A stretch of DNA of 64,000 nucleotides from Dehalococcoidia bacterium (GTDB lineage Bacteria; Chloroflexota; Dehalococcoidia; Lucifugimonadales; JADFKI01). Shown here piece after piece: positions 53,322-62,509 of this stretch (its first letter is position 1; each line of letters starts with the position of its first letter). A program made the translations under genes and the position numbers. The DNA lies in assembly GCA_034421195.1 (NCBI GenBank), contig DAOUKP010000023.1, positions 5,710 to 69,709 of the forward strand, read 5' to 3'. The notes beneath the pieces were generated by a model. It had not been told where the DNA came from and made no database searches. It worked only from the letters and a program-made list of their open reading frames with translations.

Positions 53322-54119
53322 TCACTTCGTTGCTCTAATGGAAAATATCTGCGGGTAGGATTCGTTGTATTCGGGGAGACGCCAGCCGCCATCTTCGCCT
53401 TGCGCCATCGTGGGGAAGAAGGGGAAGAAGCAGTGCGTGAACTCGTGCAGGTATTCTATTTGCAAGCCTGCCTTTGCCAGCGCGGTTACGATTTCGCCTA
53501 GGCTGTGCTGCCATTCGTACACAGGGCTTTCGACTATGCCTTCGCCGGCGTAGCTTGGTTCGCCGCCTTCCCATAGCCATTCTTCGTTGAGATAGGAGTA
53601 TGTGGGGATTAGATTGCCAGCTTCAGACATCTCGAACACGTTCATCATCGGGTGTCCGTCTGCGATGTAGAATGTGCCTCCGGGCTTGAGGTGGTTGGCG
53701 ACAATTTCTGCCCACTTGTCCATGTCCGGTAGCCAGCAGAGCACGCCGTATGAGGTGAACACGATGTCGAACTGCTCGTCGAGCACATCCGGCAGGTCGT
53801 AGATGTTGGAGCGGATGAAGCGTGTGTCCAACTCTAGTTCGGCGCTTAGCGAACGCGCTAGGTCGATTGCGGCGTCGGACAGGTCAACGCCTGTCGCCTT
53901 CGCGCCAAGCCTCGTCCATGACATAGTATCCAGCCCGAAATGGCACTGCAAATGCAGCAGCGTCTTGCCCGATACATCGCCGACTTCGCGCAATTCCAAC
54001 TCGTGCAGCGTCATACGCCCCGCCTTGAACCCCTCAACATCGTACAGTTCGGACGCGGCGTGTATGGGCGTGCGCTCATTCCAATTGGCTCGATTGACTC
54101 TGACTTGCTCTTTCAGCAC
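53322..54119 (-). CDS. class I SAM-dependent methyltransferase
   Basis: LLHLQCHFGLDT (motif I variant), VDLSDAAI, FDIVFTSYGVLCWL, LKPGGTF. Confidence 0.8.
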   Translation of the reverse strand: MLKEQVRVNRANWNERTPIHAASELYDVEGFKAGRMTLHELELREVGDVSGKTLLHLQCHFGLDTMSWTRLGAKATGVDLSDAAIDLARSLSAELELDTRFIRSNIYDLPDVLDEQFDIVFTSYGVLCWLPDMDKWAEIVANHLKPGGTFYIADGHPMMNVFEMSEAGNLIPTYSYLNEEWLWEGGEPSYAGEGIVESPVYEWQHSLGEIVTALAKAGLQIEYLHEFTHCFFPFFPTMAQGEDGGWRLPEYNESYPQIFSIRATK

Positions 54120-54275
54120 GGCGATATGCTCCTGCGGCGATATTTGAGTGAAGAATGCGGTGCGCTAATGGCGCGTGATAACGCGCGTCAGCGACATTAC
54201 GGCAGAAGGGGCGAGGAACAGGCAGGAAGCGGCGCAATCAAGGGATGCAAATGATGCGAGCTTCAAACGTTTGAG

Positions 54276-54352
54276 TGGCGACCCCGACCGGATTTGAACC
54301 GGCGATCTCTGGCTTGACAGGCCAGTATGTTAAACCACTACACCACGGGGCC
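54276..54352 (-). tRNA. tRNA-Asp (GTC)
   Basis: Minus strand GGCCCCG-TG-GTGT...CTGGC-CTGTCAA-GCCAG-AGATC-GCCGG-TTCAAAT-CCGGT-CGGGGTC-G-CCA. All stems pair and CCA is encoded. Confidence 0.9.
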
Positions 54353-54497
54353 GCATTGAAAGCGAAAACCGGACAACGGCGTTGCGTCTATAAGAGCACG
54401 ATACTGTTGCACGGCTGTCTATTGATGTTAGCCTGAATACGCGCGCAGGTCAACCTTTTTGGGTGCGTCCCACCAGCATATCGGCTCTTGCACAGAA

Positions 54498-54530
54498 ACG
54501 CCGCCCTACGATTGTATTCGTGGGCGGCGT
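54498..54530 (-). terminator. strong hairpin downstream of trxA (candidate terminator)
   Basis: ACGCCGCCCTACGA-TTGTAT-TCGTGGGCGGCGT (14 bp including one G-T). On the minus strand it is followed by TTTCTGTG. Confidence 0.5.
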
Positions 54531-54549
54531 CGGTTGTATCGAAGCTCGA

Positions 54550-54876
54550 CTAGCTTATCGCTTCCTCGATGCTCTTCTGAATGCTTGGCTTCGGCAGCGC
54601 GCCCACTATCTGCCCGGCGACCTTGCCGTCGTCGAATATGAGCAGCGCGGGTATGCCGCGAATGCCGTAGTTGATCGCTGTCTTGGGATTGGTGTCCACA
54701 TCCAGCTTGGCAAACTTCACCTTGCCCGCGTACTCTGCCGCAAGCTCGTCCACCACCGGCGCGATTGCCTTGCAGGGACCGCACCATTCCGCCCAGAAGT
54801 CCACGACCACGGGCGTATCCGACTGCAAAACATCCTGATCAAAACTGCTGTCCGTAACCGCGAATGGCTTTGACAT
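54550..54876 (-). CDS. trxA: thioredoxin
   Basis: 108 aa. [18 protein letters not shown] with the canonical WCGPC active site. Confidence 0.9.
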   Translation of the reverse strand: MSKPFAVTDSSFDQDVLQSDTPVVVDFWAEWCGPCKAIAPVVDELAAEYAGKVKFAKLDVDTNPKTAINYGIRGIPALLIFDDGKVAGQIVGALPKPSIQKSIEEAIS

Positions 54877-54942
54877 CTAAACCTTTTCCTCCAAATCTGT
54901 GCTCAAAAACTGAAATGTTACTCAACTAGAGTCGCCGAAGGT

Positions 54943-55368
54943 CTAACTTGGTCGCTCCCTGCGCTCGATCTCGCGTTCCTCTGCTTTGTGGCGCAGTGGT
55001 CGTCCCTTGTCCGGCGTCGGGTCTTTCACCTCGCCGTACATCTCACGCCCCTCGTGCCCTTCGGGAAGATACTCCGTAATGGGCAGCCCGTCCTCGGTGA
55101 CGAAGAGCAGGCAGTGGCAATACTTGTATATCTGCATGTCATCGCACGCGCACATCCAAGTACGATACTTCTTCTCTTCTTCCTTGTCCGGGTAGAAGCG
55201 GCACGGGCAGAGCGGCCTGCCTATTGTATCGATATTCTCCGCAAGACCAAGAACAACGGCCTCCGTCACGCCTTCGCCCGGATGCGTGAATGTGCCCGAT
55301 TTCTGGCAATACTTCTCCACGAAGACGCGCATTCGGTTCATTGACTTTTCACTGGGTTGCTCTCGCAT
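54943..55368 (-). CDS. ferredoxin:thioredoxin reductase catalytic-subunit-like protein
   Basis: CPC-x16-CAC-x8-CHC (LCPCRFYPDKEEEKKYRTWMCACDDMQIYKYCHCLLF) reproduces the FTRc [4Fe-4S]/disulfide cysteine spacing. Confidence 0.8.
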   Translation of the reverse strand: MREQPSEKSMNRMRVFVEKYCQKSGTFTHPGEGVTEAVVLGLAENIDTIGRPLCPCRFYPDKEEEKKYRTWMCACDDMQIYKYCHCLLFVTEDGLPITEYLPEGHEGREMYGEVKDPTPDKGRPLRHKAEEREIERRERPS

Positions 55369-55473
55369 CGTGCCTCCTCTCAGTATCGCTGCTCATCAAA
55401 TTAGATGTCGGCGGCTAGCTTATGGTTCAAGGATGTATTTCACGCGGAATGTCGAATAAAAATTAGGAAGGAT

Positions 55474-55550
55474 TGGTGGGCGGTATAAGACTTGAACTTA
55501 TGACCTCTACGATGTCAACGTAGCGCTCTTGCCAACTGAGCTAACCGCCC
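55474..55550 (-). tRNA. tRNA-Val (GAC)
   Basis: Minus strand GGGCGGT-TA-GCTC-AGTTGGCAA-GAGC-G-CTACG-TTGACAT-CGTAG-AGGTC-ATAAG-TTCAAGT-CTTAT-ACCGCCC-A-CCA. Confidence 0.9.
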
Positions 55551-55668
55551 AATTCCATACTTGTGGTAGCTCTCAGTTTAACAAATCCAGCATACCCTGT
55601 CTATTCGGTTCGTCCTTTTTAACCATGTTAGAATGCACTCGCACACATCATTCCCAAGGAGCAACCCC

Positions 55669-56322
55669 ATGCCGAAAATCGAAGACATGTGGCTGACGCC
55701 ATGCACCCGTCCCAACGGCTTGCAGGCTGCCGACGACGGACTCTGGGTCATCTCCGCGGACGATGACGCCCGCCTGCAGAAGTTCGACTATGAGACAGGT
55801 GAGGCGATGCTTGACGTCACCACCGAAACATATCGGTCGAGCGGTCTTACATGCACGGACAAGCAGGTATGGGTAGCATCCACGCACAATTCGCGTCTTT
55901 ACAAGCTCAACATGGACGGCACGACAATCGCATACCACGAGCCGCCCGGCACCGGTCTGCACGACCCGCGCGACAAGGGGCCGTCATACAATCGTCCACA
56001 CGGCATGGAATGGCTCGGCGATACCATGTGGGTGGCAATCAAGCCCGCCCTGCGCCTCTACCTGCTGGACTCCGACACGCTGGAAGTCCGTCATTCTATC
56101 CCCACACCCGGCGCGGCGCCGCACGGCATCGCATGGGACGGCGAAACTCTCTGGTGCGCCGACCGCGCGATGCAGAAGATACATCGGCTAGACCCGGACA
56201 ACGGTGAAATACAGGACGAGATAGAAGTGCGCGAACCGGAACTGCACGGCTTGACGATGCACGACGGCGCGCTCTGGTTTTGCTGCGACCCAAGCGCGCG
56301 GGTGTGCCGCATCGAACTGTGA
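55669..56322 (+). CDS. beta-propeller repeat protein (glutamine-cyclotransferase/Vgb-like)
   Basis: ORF track 55633..56322. ATG 55669 after AAGGAG. Repeated G-L-x-x-D-G-x-LW/VW blade motifs (DDGLWVIS, DKQVWVAS, GDTMWVAI, GETLWCAD, DGALWFCC). Confidence 0.5.
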   Translation: MPKIEDMWLTPCTRPNGLQAADDGLWVISADDDARLQKFDYETGEAMLDVTTETYRSSGLTCTDKQVWVASTHNSRLYKLNMDGTTIAYHEPPGTGLHDPRDKGPSYNRPHGMEWLGDTMWVAIKPALRLYLLDSDTLEVRHSIPTPGAAPHGIAWDGETLWCADRAMQKIHRLDPDNGEIQDEIEVREPELHGLTMHDGALWFCCDPSARVCRIEL

Positions 56323-56336
56323 CACAAGGAACGATA

Positions 56337-56366
56337 CTAACAGGATGGATAGGATAAGGGAGATGG
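56337..56366 (+). repeat. purine-rich tandem motif CTAACAGGATGGATAGGATAAGGGAGATGG upstream of the DUF296 gene
   Basis: Direct reading. It ends 3 nt before ATG 56370. Confidence 0.8.
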
Positions 56367-56369
56367 AAC

Positions 56370-56771
56370 ATGGCACAAAGCTGGAACATCGACAAAACGC
56401 GCATGGTCTATCGTCGATTCGGACCTGACGAGTCGCTGGTCGCCGGACTTGAGCAGTTCGCGCTTGAGCACGGCATCCGCGAAGCTGCCATCACTTCCTG
56501 CATCGGCAGCCTGCGCCAACTGCACCTGCGAAACCTCTGCCGCTACGAGGACGGCGCGCCGGAATTCGAGCGCAGCACCATAGGCGAGAACCTAGAACTC
56601 GTCAGCGCGGAGGGCTACATCCAGCCCCTACCTGAATCCGAATCAGGCATCCGCGTCCACATCCACCTCGCAGCCGCGCGTCCCTCCGGCGAGATGGTCG
56701 GCGGCCACTGCGAAGAAGCCACCACCTTCACCGGCGCATTCATGTACCTCCACATCCTCGACGAAGCCTGA
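56370..56771 (+). CDS. PPC-domain (DUF296) protein
   Basis: 133 aa. ...AAITSCIGSLRQLHL..., HIHLAAARPSGEMVGGHC... pattern of PPC/DUF296 proteins. Confidence 0.65.
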   Translation: MAQSWNIDKTRMVYRRFGPDESLVAGLEQFALEHGIREAAITSCIGSLRQLHLRNLCRYEDGAPEFERSTIGENLELVSAEGYIQPLPESESGIRVHIHLAAARPSGEMVGGHCEEATTFTGAFMYLHILDEA

Positions 56772-56785
56772 CCCATTCGGAAAGA

Positions 56786-56888
56786 GTCCCTTCCCCCTCG
56801 ATTGGGGAAGGTTAGAGCCTGTCCTGAGCTTGCCGAAGGAATGGGGGTGAGCAGGACAAAAATCCTCCCCATCCTGTCCATCGATGTA
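56786..56888 (-). repeat. inverted-orientation composite repeat (minus strand: ACATCGATGGACAGGATGGGGAGGATTTTTGTCCTGCTCACCCCCATTCC...CTCTAACCTTCCCCAATCGAGGGGGAAGGGAC)
   Basis: Direct reading of the reverse complement. Same module order as 16025-16092 and 40664-40737. Confidence 0.85.
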
Positions 56889-56916
56889 AGTTCCCGGTCT
56901 GAATATGGAGGTTGAA

Positions 56917-57699
56917 ATGAGGTTGAGCGGCAAAGTCGCCCTCGTCAGCGGCGCAGGCACATTCGGCGGCAGTGGAGTCGGCAACGGCGCGGCGGCAGCT
57001 ATACTATTCGCACGCAACGGTGCAAAGGTCGTTCTCGTTGACGCTGTCAGCGAGTGGGCTGAGGCGACCGCGCGCATCATTGCCGAAGAAGGCGGCGAGG
57101 CAACCGCCGCGACCGCCGATGTAACAAACCCTGACGACTGCCGCAATGCAGTAGCCGCAGCCGTCGAGCGATACGGCGCGCTGCACATCCTGCACAACAA
57201 TGTGGGAGGAGGGGGCGGAGGCGGCAGCGTAGTCGAAGCCACCGACGAGGACTGGTTTCGCAGCGCCTCCGTCAACCTCATGAGTATGGTCAACATGTGC
57301 CGCTATGCTATACCCCACATGAAAAATGCGGGCGGCGGCTCGATAGTCAATGTATCATCCGTAACCGCCCTCAGACCCAAGCCCGGCAGGTCATCCGCGC
57401 AGTACACCGTCAACAAAACTGCCGTGGTTGGGCTTACCCGCGCGCTCGCACTCGACCACGCCGCCGACAACATCCGCGCCAACTGCATCATGCCCGGCCT
57501 CATGTGGACGCCGCGCCTTGAATCCGCCGCATCGGACACGCGGGAGATGCGCCAGAACTCCACCCCGCTCCCGGTCGAGGGGCAGAGCTGGGACATCGGT
57601 AACGCCGCCCTGTTCCTCGCCAGCGATGACGCCCGCTTCATCACCGGCGTCACCCTCCCTGTTGACGGCGGCTTCCTCCTCACCAGCGCCCCAAATTAG
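56917..57699 (+). CDS. SDR-family oxidoreductase
   Basis: ORF track 56905..57699. ATG 56917 after GGAGG. VSGAGTFGGSGVGNG, NNVG, S...YxxxK (YTVNKTAV). Unusual G7 run after NNV. Confidence 0.85.
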   Translation: MRLSGKVALVSGAGTFGGSGVGNGAAAAILFARNGAKVVLVDAVSEWAEATARIIAEEGGEATAATADVTNPDDCRNAVAAAVERYGALHILHNNVGGGGGGGSVVEATDEDWFRSASVNLMSMVNMCRYAIPHMKNAGGGSIVNVSSVTALRPKPGRSSAQYTVNKTAVVGLTRALALDHAADNIRANCIMPGLMWTPRLESAASDTREMRQNSTPLPVEGQSWDIGNAALFLASDDARFITGVTLPVDGGFLLTSAPN

Positions 57700-57763
57700 A
57701 GTGGACAATCTATATTCGTCGTTCCCGTGCAAACGGACATATTCAGCAACTCGGAGGAAAATC

Positions 57764-59380
57764 TTGCGACCAAACATCGTTTTCGCATTCGCAGATGACT
57801 GGGGCAGGTATGCCAGCGCCTACCGGGACCAACCCGGCGAAGGCACGCTCCACGAACTCATCGAAACCCCCAACTTCGACCGAGTCGCCGCGGAAGGCGC
57901 CCTCTTCCTCAACGCGCACGTCCCCGCACCAAGCTGCACCCCCTGCAGAAGCTCCATACTTTCGGGCAGGTACTTCTGGCAGACCGGCTTGGGAGCAATC
58001 CTCGCCGGGGCAAGGTGGGACGAGTCCATCCCGACATACCCCCTGATCCTGGAAGAAGCCGGCTACCACATCGGCTACACATACAAGGTCTGGACTCCCG
58101 GACTGACCGAACATGCTCCGTATGGAGGCGAGCGCACCGCCTACGAGTCCGCCGGCATCAGGTTCAACGATTTCTCCGAAGAAGCCACGAAACGACTGGA
58201 TAGTCTGTCGATTGCCGATGCAAAACAGGAGCTATTCGACGAGGTAAGAGGCAACTTCGACAGTTTCCTCGCCGCCAGGCCGGATGAAACGCCATTCTGC
58301 TACTGGTGGGGTCCCACCAACACGCATCGAACATGGCAGCGAGGTTCCGGAAAGGAACTCTGGGGGCTGGACCCCGACGACCTGAAAGGTCGCATGCCCG
58401 CCTTCCTACCCGATGTCCACGAGGTACGTGAAGACTTCAACGACTACCTCGGCGAATGCATCGCCTTCGACACTGGACTAGGAGTGATTCTTGAACGCCT
58501 GGAAGAAATCGGCGAGCTGGACAACACCCTGCTCGTCGTAAGCGGCGACCACGGCATCCCAGGATTCCCGCGAGGAAAATGCAACCTGTACAACTTCGGC
58601 ACGGAAGTGGCTATGGCAGTCCGCTGGCACGGACATGTATCGTCGGGTCGCGTCATTAGTGATTTCGTGAACCTGATGGACCTGGCTCCTACCTTCTTAG
58701 ACGCCGCAGGTGTCGAGTATCCATCCGGAATGACAGCAAGCAGCCTTGTACCGCTGCTCGAATCCGCTAACAGCGGACGAGTTGAAGAGGCGCGCGACTT
58801 CGTCATCACAGGTAGGGAAAGGCACATGCTCGCCAGGGAGGGCCATCTTCCATATCCGCAGAGAGCGATCCGAACCGACGACTTTCTGTACATCCACAAC
58901 TTCGAGCCTGACCGCTGGCCCGCGGGCGACCCCGACGGCTTGGACGACGACGATGCAACGCCGCCCCTATGGGAAGACATTCTTACCAACTATCTCGCAG
59001 TGTACGGAGACATAGACCTCGGTCCCACCAAGGCATGGATGATTTACAACAGGGCGAGGGAAGACGTGAAGCCACTCTTCGAGTTGGGCTTCGGGAAGCG
59101 ACCCCGCGAGGAATTGTACGACCTCCGCAAGGACCCAGACTACATGGTGAATGTCGCTTACGACAGCGATTACGAGCAGATTCGCGCCGCCCTGTACTCT
59201 CGAATGATGGCAGTCCTTGAGGAGCAGGACGACCCACGCGTAACCGAGTCTCCGCCAAGATTCGAATTCCCGCCTTACGGCGGCCCCGTGCCCGAGGAAT
59301 GGCATGCCGAAAACAAGAGACTGCTCTTTGAGAAGGATCCAAGGGTGTACGCGATGGTGTACGGAGATCAAGCTCTATAG
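57764..59380 (+). CDS. sulfatase-family protein (formylglycine-dependent), no signal peptide
   Basis: The ORF track ORF 57428..59380 overlaps the SDR. Start moved to TTG 57764, 5 nt after GGAGGA. NIVFAFADDWG, SCTPCRSSILSGR (C-x-P-x-R), SGDHG. Confidence 0.85.
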   Translation: MRPNIVFAFADDWGRYASAYRDQPGEGTLHELIETPNFDRVAAEGALFLNAHVPAPSCTPCRSSILSGRYFWQTGLGAILAGARWDESIPTYPLILEEAGYHIGYTYKVWTPGLTEHAPYGGERTAYESAGIRFNDFSEEATKRLDSLSIADAKQELFDEVRGNFDSFLAARPDETPFCYWWGPTNTHRTWQRGSGKELWGLDPDDLKGRMPAFLPDVHEVREDFNDYLGECIAFDTGLGVILERLEEIGELDNTLLVVSGDHGIPGFPRGKCNLYNFGTEVAMAVRWHGHVSSGRVISDFVNLMDLAPTFLDAAGVEYPSGMTASSLVPLLESANSGRVEEARDFVITGRERHMLAREGHLPYPQRAIRTDDFLYIHNFEPDRWPAGDPDGLDDDDATPPLWEDILTNYLAVYGDIDLGPTKAWMIYNRAREDVKPLFELGFGKRPREELYDLRKDPDYMVNVAYDSDYEQIRAALYSRMMAVLEEQDDPRVTESPPRFEFPPYGGPVPEEWHAENKRLLFEKDPRVYAMVYGDQAL

Positions 59381-59465
59381 GCTGGCTCACATGTGTCGCT
59401 GACGTCCGCGCGCCGTTAGGTAGTTGTCGGGCGACTTCCAGTGTTCCCCTACTCAACGCCCGCAT

Positions 59466-59494
59466 TTGCGACAGGTGCTTGCCTCTGTTAGCAT
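59466..59494 (+). promoter_or_regulatory. candidate sigma70-type promoter (TTGCGA-17-TAGCAT)
   Basis: -35 at 59466-59471, -10 at 59489-59494. A second overlapping candidate is TTGGAA-17-CAGAAT just downstream. About 60 nt upstream of ATG 59553. Confidence 0.3.
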
Positions 59495-59552
59495 TTGGAA
59501 AACTTGTACATTGGTTACAGAATAAAACAGAAAATGCAATAGGAGGTAAAGT

Positions 59553-60137
59553 ATGCCACTAGAGATTAACCTCCAGATGGTTACGCGGGACGATGTAGCA
59601 CGCATCAGGCGCTGGCTTGATGACGAAGAAGTATGTGAATCATGGTTTGGACGATATGCCTACGGGGATCCGGCCCACCTGGGCTACCATCCCAACGAGA
59701 TGGACGATGTGTCCGATGAGGAGTGGGCGGAGGTATTCGACAACCCCGAACACCGTATCCTCTCGATTTACTGCCCGGAAGCAGGACATATCGGCGAGAT
59801 TCACCTGGCAATCGAGGAATCGCTGGGCGACGGGCAGCTATCCATCCTGATAGGGCGCAAGGATTTGTGGCACCACGGCTTCGGCTCGGCGGCGGCTCGG
59901 CGCGCGCTTGAAACGGCGTTCAATGAGTACGGACTCTACCGCGTCTGGGTCGATATACCGGAATACAACACCGCCGCGCGCAGCATGTTTTCCCACCTCG
60001 GTTTTCAGCACGAGGGCACACTGCGAAAGAGCCGCCCACATGAGGGCGCACGCTTCGACTCCGTAGTAATGGGTCTGCTCGCCAACGAGTATGCGCCCCT
60101 TGACGGCGCCGCCGTCCGCGCGATCCCGCGCGTATAG
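59553..60137 (+). CDS. GNAT-family N-acetyltransferase (RimJ/RimL-like)
   Basis: ...IGRKDLWHHGFGSAAARRALETAF...YNTAARSMFSHLGFQHEGTLR motif A/B. Confidence 0.8.
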   Translation: MPLEINLQMVTRDDVARIRRWLDDEEVCESWFGRYAYGDPAHLGYHPNEMDDVSDEEWAEVFDNPEHRILSIYCPEAGHIGEIHLAIEESLGDGQLSILIGRKDLWHHGFGSAAARRALETAFNEYGLYRVWVDIPEYNTAARSMFSHLGFQHEGTLRKSRPHEGARFDSVVMGLLANEYAPLDGAAVRAIPRV

Positions 60138-60164
60138 CCGGTCCGGCCTTGCAAGGTGAAGTGA

Positions 60165-61490
60165 ATGCTGTACGACGCGCAAGCTGGAAATCTGACGCTG
60201 GTCGCTAGCGGCGACACTATGATAACCCGCAGGATGTCCGTCTTTCGGGAGGACGGCTTCGTGCGCCTGCGGAAGATGTTCCGCGAAGCGGACGTGGGCT
60301 TCACGAACCTCGAAATGCTGATGCACGACTACGAGCACTCGCCGGGACAGGCGGGCGGCACATTCACTGCATCCGACCCCAAGAATCTGGGCGAGCTGGA
60401 ATGGATGGGCGTCAATCTCGTATCGTGCGCGAACAACCACAGCTACGATTATGGCGAGGGCGGCGTGCTGACGAATCTTGAGCACCTGCGCCGCTCGGAA
60501 CTCGTGCATGCCGGCACCGGCCGCAACCTGAGCGAGGCTCGCGCGCCGGCGTATCTCGACACGGCAAACGGCAGAGTCGCGCTTATTTCCGCGTCATCCA
60601 CATTCGCCGAGGCAGGACGCGCCCTCGACCAGAGACCCGACATCAACGGCCGCCCCGGACTGAACCCGCTGCGCTTCAACACGACGCACATCGTTGACCG
60701 TCCGGCATTCGACGCTCTGCGCCGCGTGAACTCCAATCTGGGACTGGAGGCGCAACGTAACGCCCTCCGCAACTTCCGGCACCAGGGCGCGATTCCGGAC
60801 GACACCGATTCACGGTTCGTCTTCATGGACAAGGTGTTCGCGCTTGGTGAGGAGTTCAAGGTCAACACGCAGCTCAACAGGCGCGACCTGAATGACAACC
60901 TGAAATGGGTGCGAGACGCGCGCCGCATGGCAGACTGGGTAATGGTCTCCGTTCACTGCCATGAGAGCGGCGCTCACCGCGACGAGCCGCCGCAGTTCTT
61001 GGTGGACTTCGCGCATGCCTGCATCGACGAGGGCGCTGACATCTTCATCGGGCACGGGCCGCATGTTACGCGGGGAATCGAGATATACAAAGACAGGCCT
61101 ATTATGTACAGCCTCGGCAATTTCATATTCCAGAACGATACCGTGCGCTGGCAGCCGTCCTACAACTACGAGACCGTAAAACTGGATGCGGAGGCAACTC
61201 CCGCCGACTTCTACGACGCCCGCAGCGACCATGACAAGCGCGGATTCCCCGCGGACGCCCTCTACTGGGAGAGTGTGGTCGCTCGCTGCGAGTTCAAGCG
61301 GGAATCGTTGCACGCCATCACCCTGCATCCCATCGACATGGGGCACGGCAAGAAACGCTCACAACGCGGTAGGCCTCTGCTCGCAAGCGCCGAAGTAAGC
61401 CAGCGCGCTCTCGATCGCATCAAGCGTCTCTCCAAGCCGCTCGGCACGGACATCCGCATTGAGCGCGGAGTGGGCAGGGTGAAAATTTAA
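60165..61490 (+). CDS. CapA-family (PGA_cap metallophosphatase-like) protein
   Basis: LVASGDTMITR, ADVGFTNLE, VSCANNHSYDYG, HAGTG, SVHCHE, GHGPH blocks of the CapA family. Confidence 0.8.
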   Translation: MLYDAQAGNLTLVASGDTMITRRMSVFREDGFVRLRKMFREADVGFTNLEMLMHDYEHSPGQAGGTFTASDPKNLGELEWMGVNLVSCANNHSYDYGEGGVLTNLEHLRRSELVHAGTGRNLSEARAPAYLDTANGRVALISASSTFAEAGRALDQRPDINGRPGLNPLRFNTTHIVDRPAFDALRRVNSNLGLEAQRNALRNFRHQGAIPDDTDSRFVFMDKVFALGEEFKVNTQLNRRDLNDNLKWVRDARRMADWVMVSVHCHESGAHRDEPPQFLVDFAHACIDEGADIFIGHGPHVTRGIEIYKDRPIMYSLGNFIFQNDTVRWQPSYNYETVKLDAEATPADFYDARSDHDKRGFPADALYWESVVARCEFKRESLHAITLHPIDMGHGKKRSQRGRPLLASAEVSQRALDRIKRLSKPLGTDIRIERGVGRVKI

Positions 61491-61519
61491 CAGGATGGGC
61501 AGAACCCTCCCCATCCTGT
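61488..61519 (+). repeat. ACAGGATGGG / CCCATCCTGT inverted pair forming a 10-bp hairpin that starts on the capA-like stop codon
   Basis: TAA at 61488-61490. Stem 61490-61499 with 61510-61519. A T-rich tract (GTTTTTT) follows about 12 nt later. Confidence 0.7.
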
Positions 61520-61552
61520 CTATCTTATTAGTTTTTTGAGGAGTAACCCACT

Positions 61553-62509
61553 TTGACCCTGTACCTAACCGAAGCCGAAGTCAACGAAGTTCTGACGATG
61601 GAACTCGCGCTTGAGACGGTCGAGCAGGCATTCAGCCTCATGTCCGAAGGAGGCGCGACCAATCCCCCGCGCTCACGCATTCGCCTGCCTGCGGGCGGGC
61701 TGTTCAACTTCATGTGCGCGGCAGCGCCCGGTGCAGGCGTCATGGGTTTGAAGGCGTATGGCGTTACGCGAGGCAACCCGGTCAAGTTCTATGTGCAGCT
61801 CTTCAGCACCAAGACGGGCGAACTGCTTGCGCTGCTTGAAGCGGGCGACCTCGGACAGGTCCGCACAGGCGCGGCGAGTGGAGTCGCCACTAAGTACATG
61901 GCACGCGAGAACGCCGAAACGGTCGGTGTCATCGGCTCCGGATACCAGGCGCGCACTCAGCTTGAAGCGGTCTGCAATGTGCGTCCAATCAAGAGTGCGC
62001 GTGTGTTCAGCCGCAACCCGGAGCGGAGAGAGAGGTTCGCGACAAGGATGGGCGAGCGGCTCGGAATCGACATATCCCCGGTGGAGAGCGGCGAAGAGTG
62101 CGTTGCGGACGCCGATGTGGTCATAGTGATGACGAGCGCGAACCGTCCTGTGCTAAACGGCGAGTGGTTGAGCGAAGGGACACACATCAACGCCGCGGGA
62201 GCCAATCACTGGATGCGCCGCGAACTGGACGGCGACGCCGTGCGCCGCTCCAACGTCATCGTAACGGACGAAATCGAGCAAGCGAAGCTGGAGTGCGGTG
62301 ACCTCATATATCCAGCAGAGCTAGGCTCGATACGATGGGAGCAAGTGCGGAGTCTCGCGGATGTGGTGAGCGGAAATGCCCCCGGGCGTAACTCGGACGA
62401 CGACATCACGCTATTCGAGTCGCAGGGCTTGGCAGTGCAGGACATCACTACCGGGATACGAGTGTATCAGCTCGCGCTGGAGCGGGGATTGGGACGCGAG
62501 ATTTCTTAG
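61553..62509 (+). CDS. ornithine cyclodeaminase/mu-crystallin-family protein
   Basis: TTG start. ...LGQVRTGAASGVATKYMAR, VGVIGSGYQA, HINAAGAN blocks. Confidence 0.85.
   Translation: MTLYLTEAEVNEVLTMELALETVEQAFSLMSEGGATNPPRSRIRLPAGGLFNFMCAAAPGAGVMGLKAYGVTRGNPVKFYVQLFSTKTGELLALLEAGDLGQVRTGAASGVATKYMARENAETVGVIGSGYQARTQLEAVCNVRPIKSARVFSRNPERRERFATRMGERLGIDISPVESGEECVADADVVIVMTSANRPVLNGEWLSEGTHINAAGANHWMRRELDGDAVRRSNVIVTDEIEQAKLECGDLIYPAELGSIRWEQVRSLADVVSGNAPGRNSDDDITLFESQGLAVQDITTGIRVYQLALERGLGREIS

Noticed and set aside
54120-55632. Genomic island or integrative element bounded by the two tRNA genes.
   Set aside because: There is no integrase or excisionase and I could see no direct repeat of a tRNA 3' end. 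The enclosed genes (trxA, FTRc-like) are housekeeping-type and are not compositionally distinct by eye.
57428-57763. N-terminal 112-aa extension of the sulfatase ORF as drawn in the ORF track.
   Set aside because: It overlaps the 3' part of the SDR gene in another frame and is low-complexity (Pro/Ser/Arg/Thr). A TTG at 57764 with GGAGGA 5 nt upstream starts exactly at the conserved sulfatase core.
59553-61490. Poly-gamma-glutamate capsule locus, because of the CapA-family gene.
   Set aside because: No capB/capC/pgsE-like genes are adjacent. CapA-family metallophosphatase-like proteins occur widely outside PGA synthesis.
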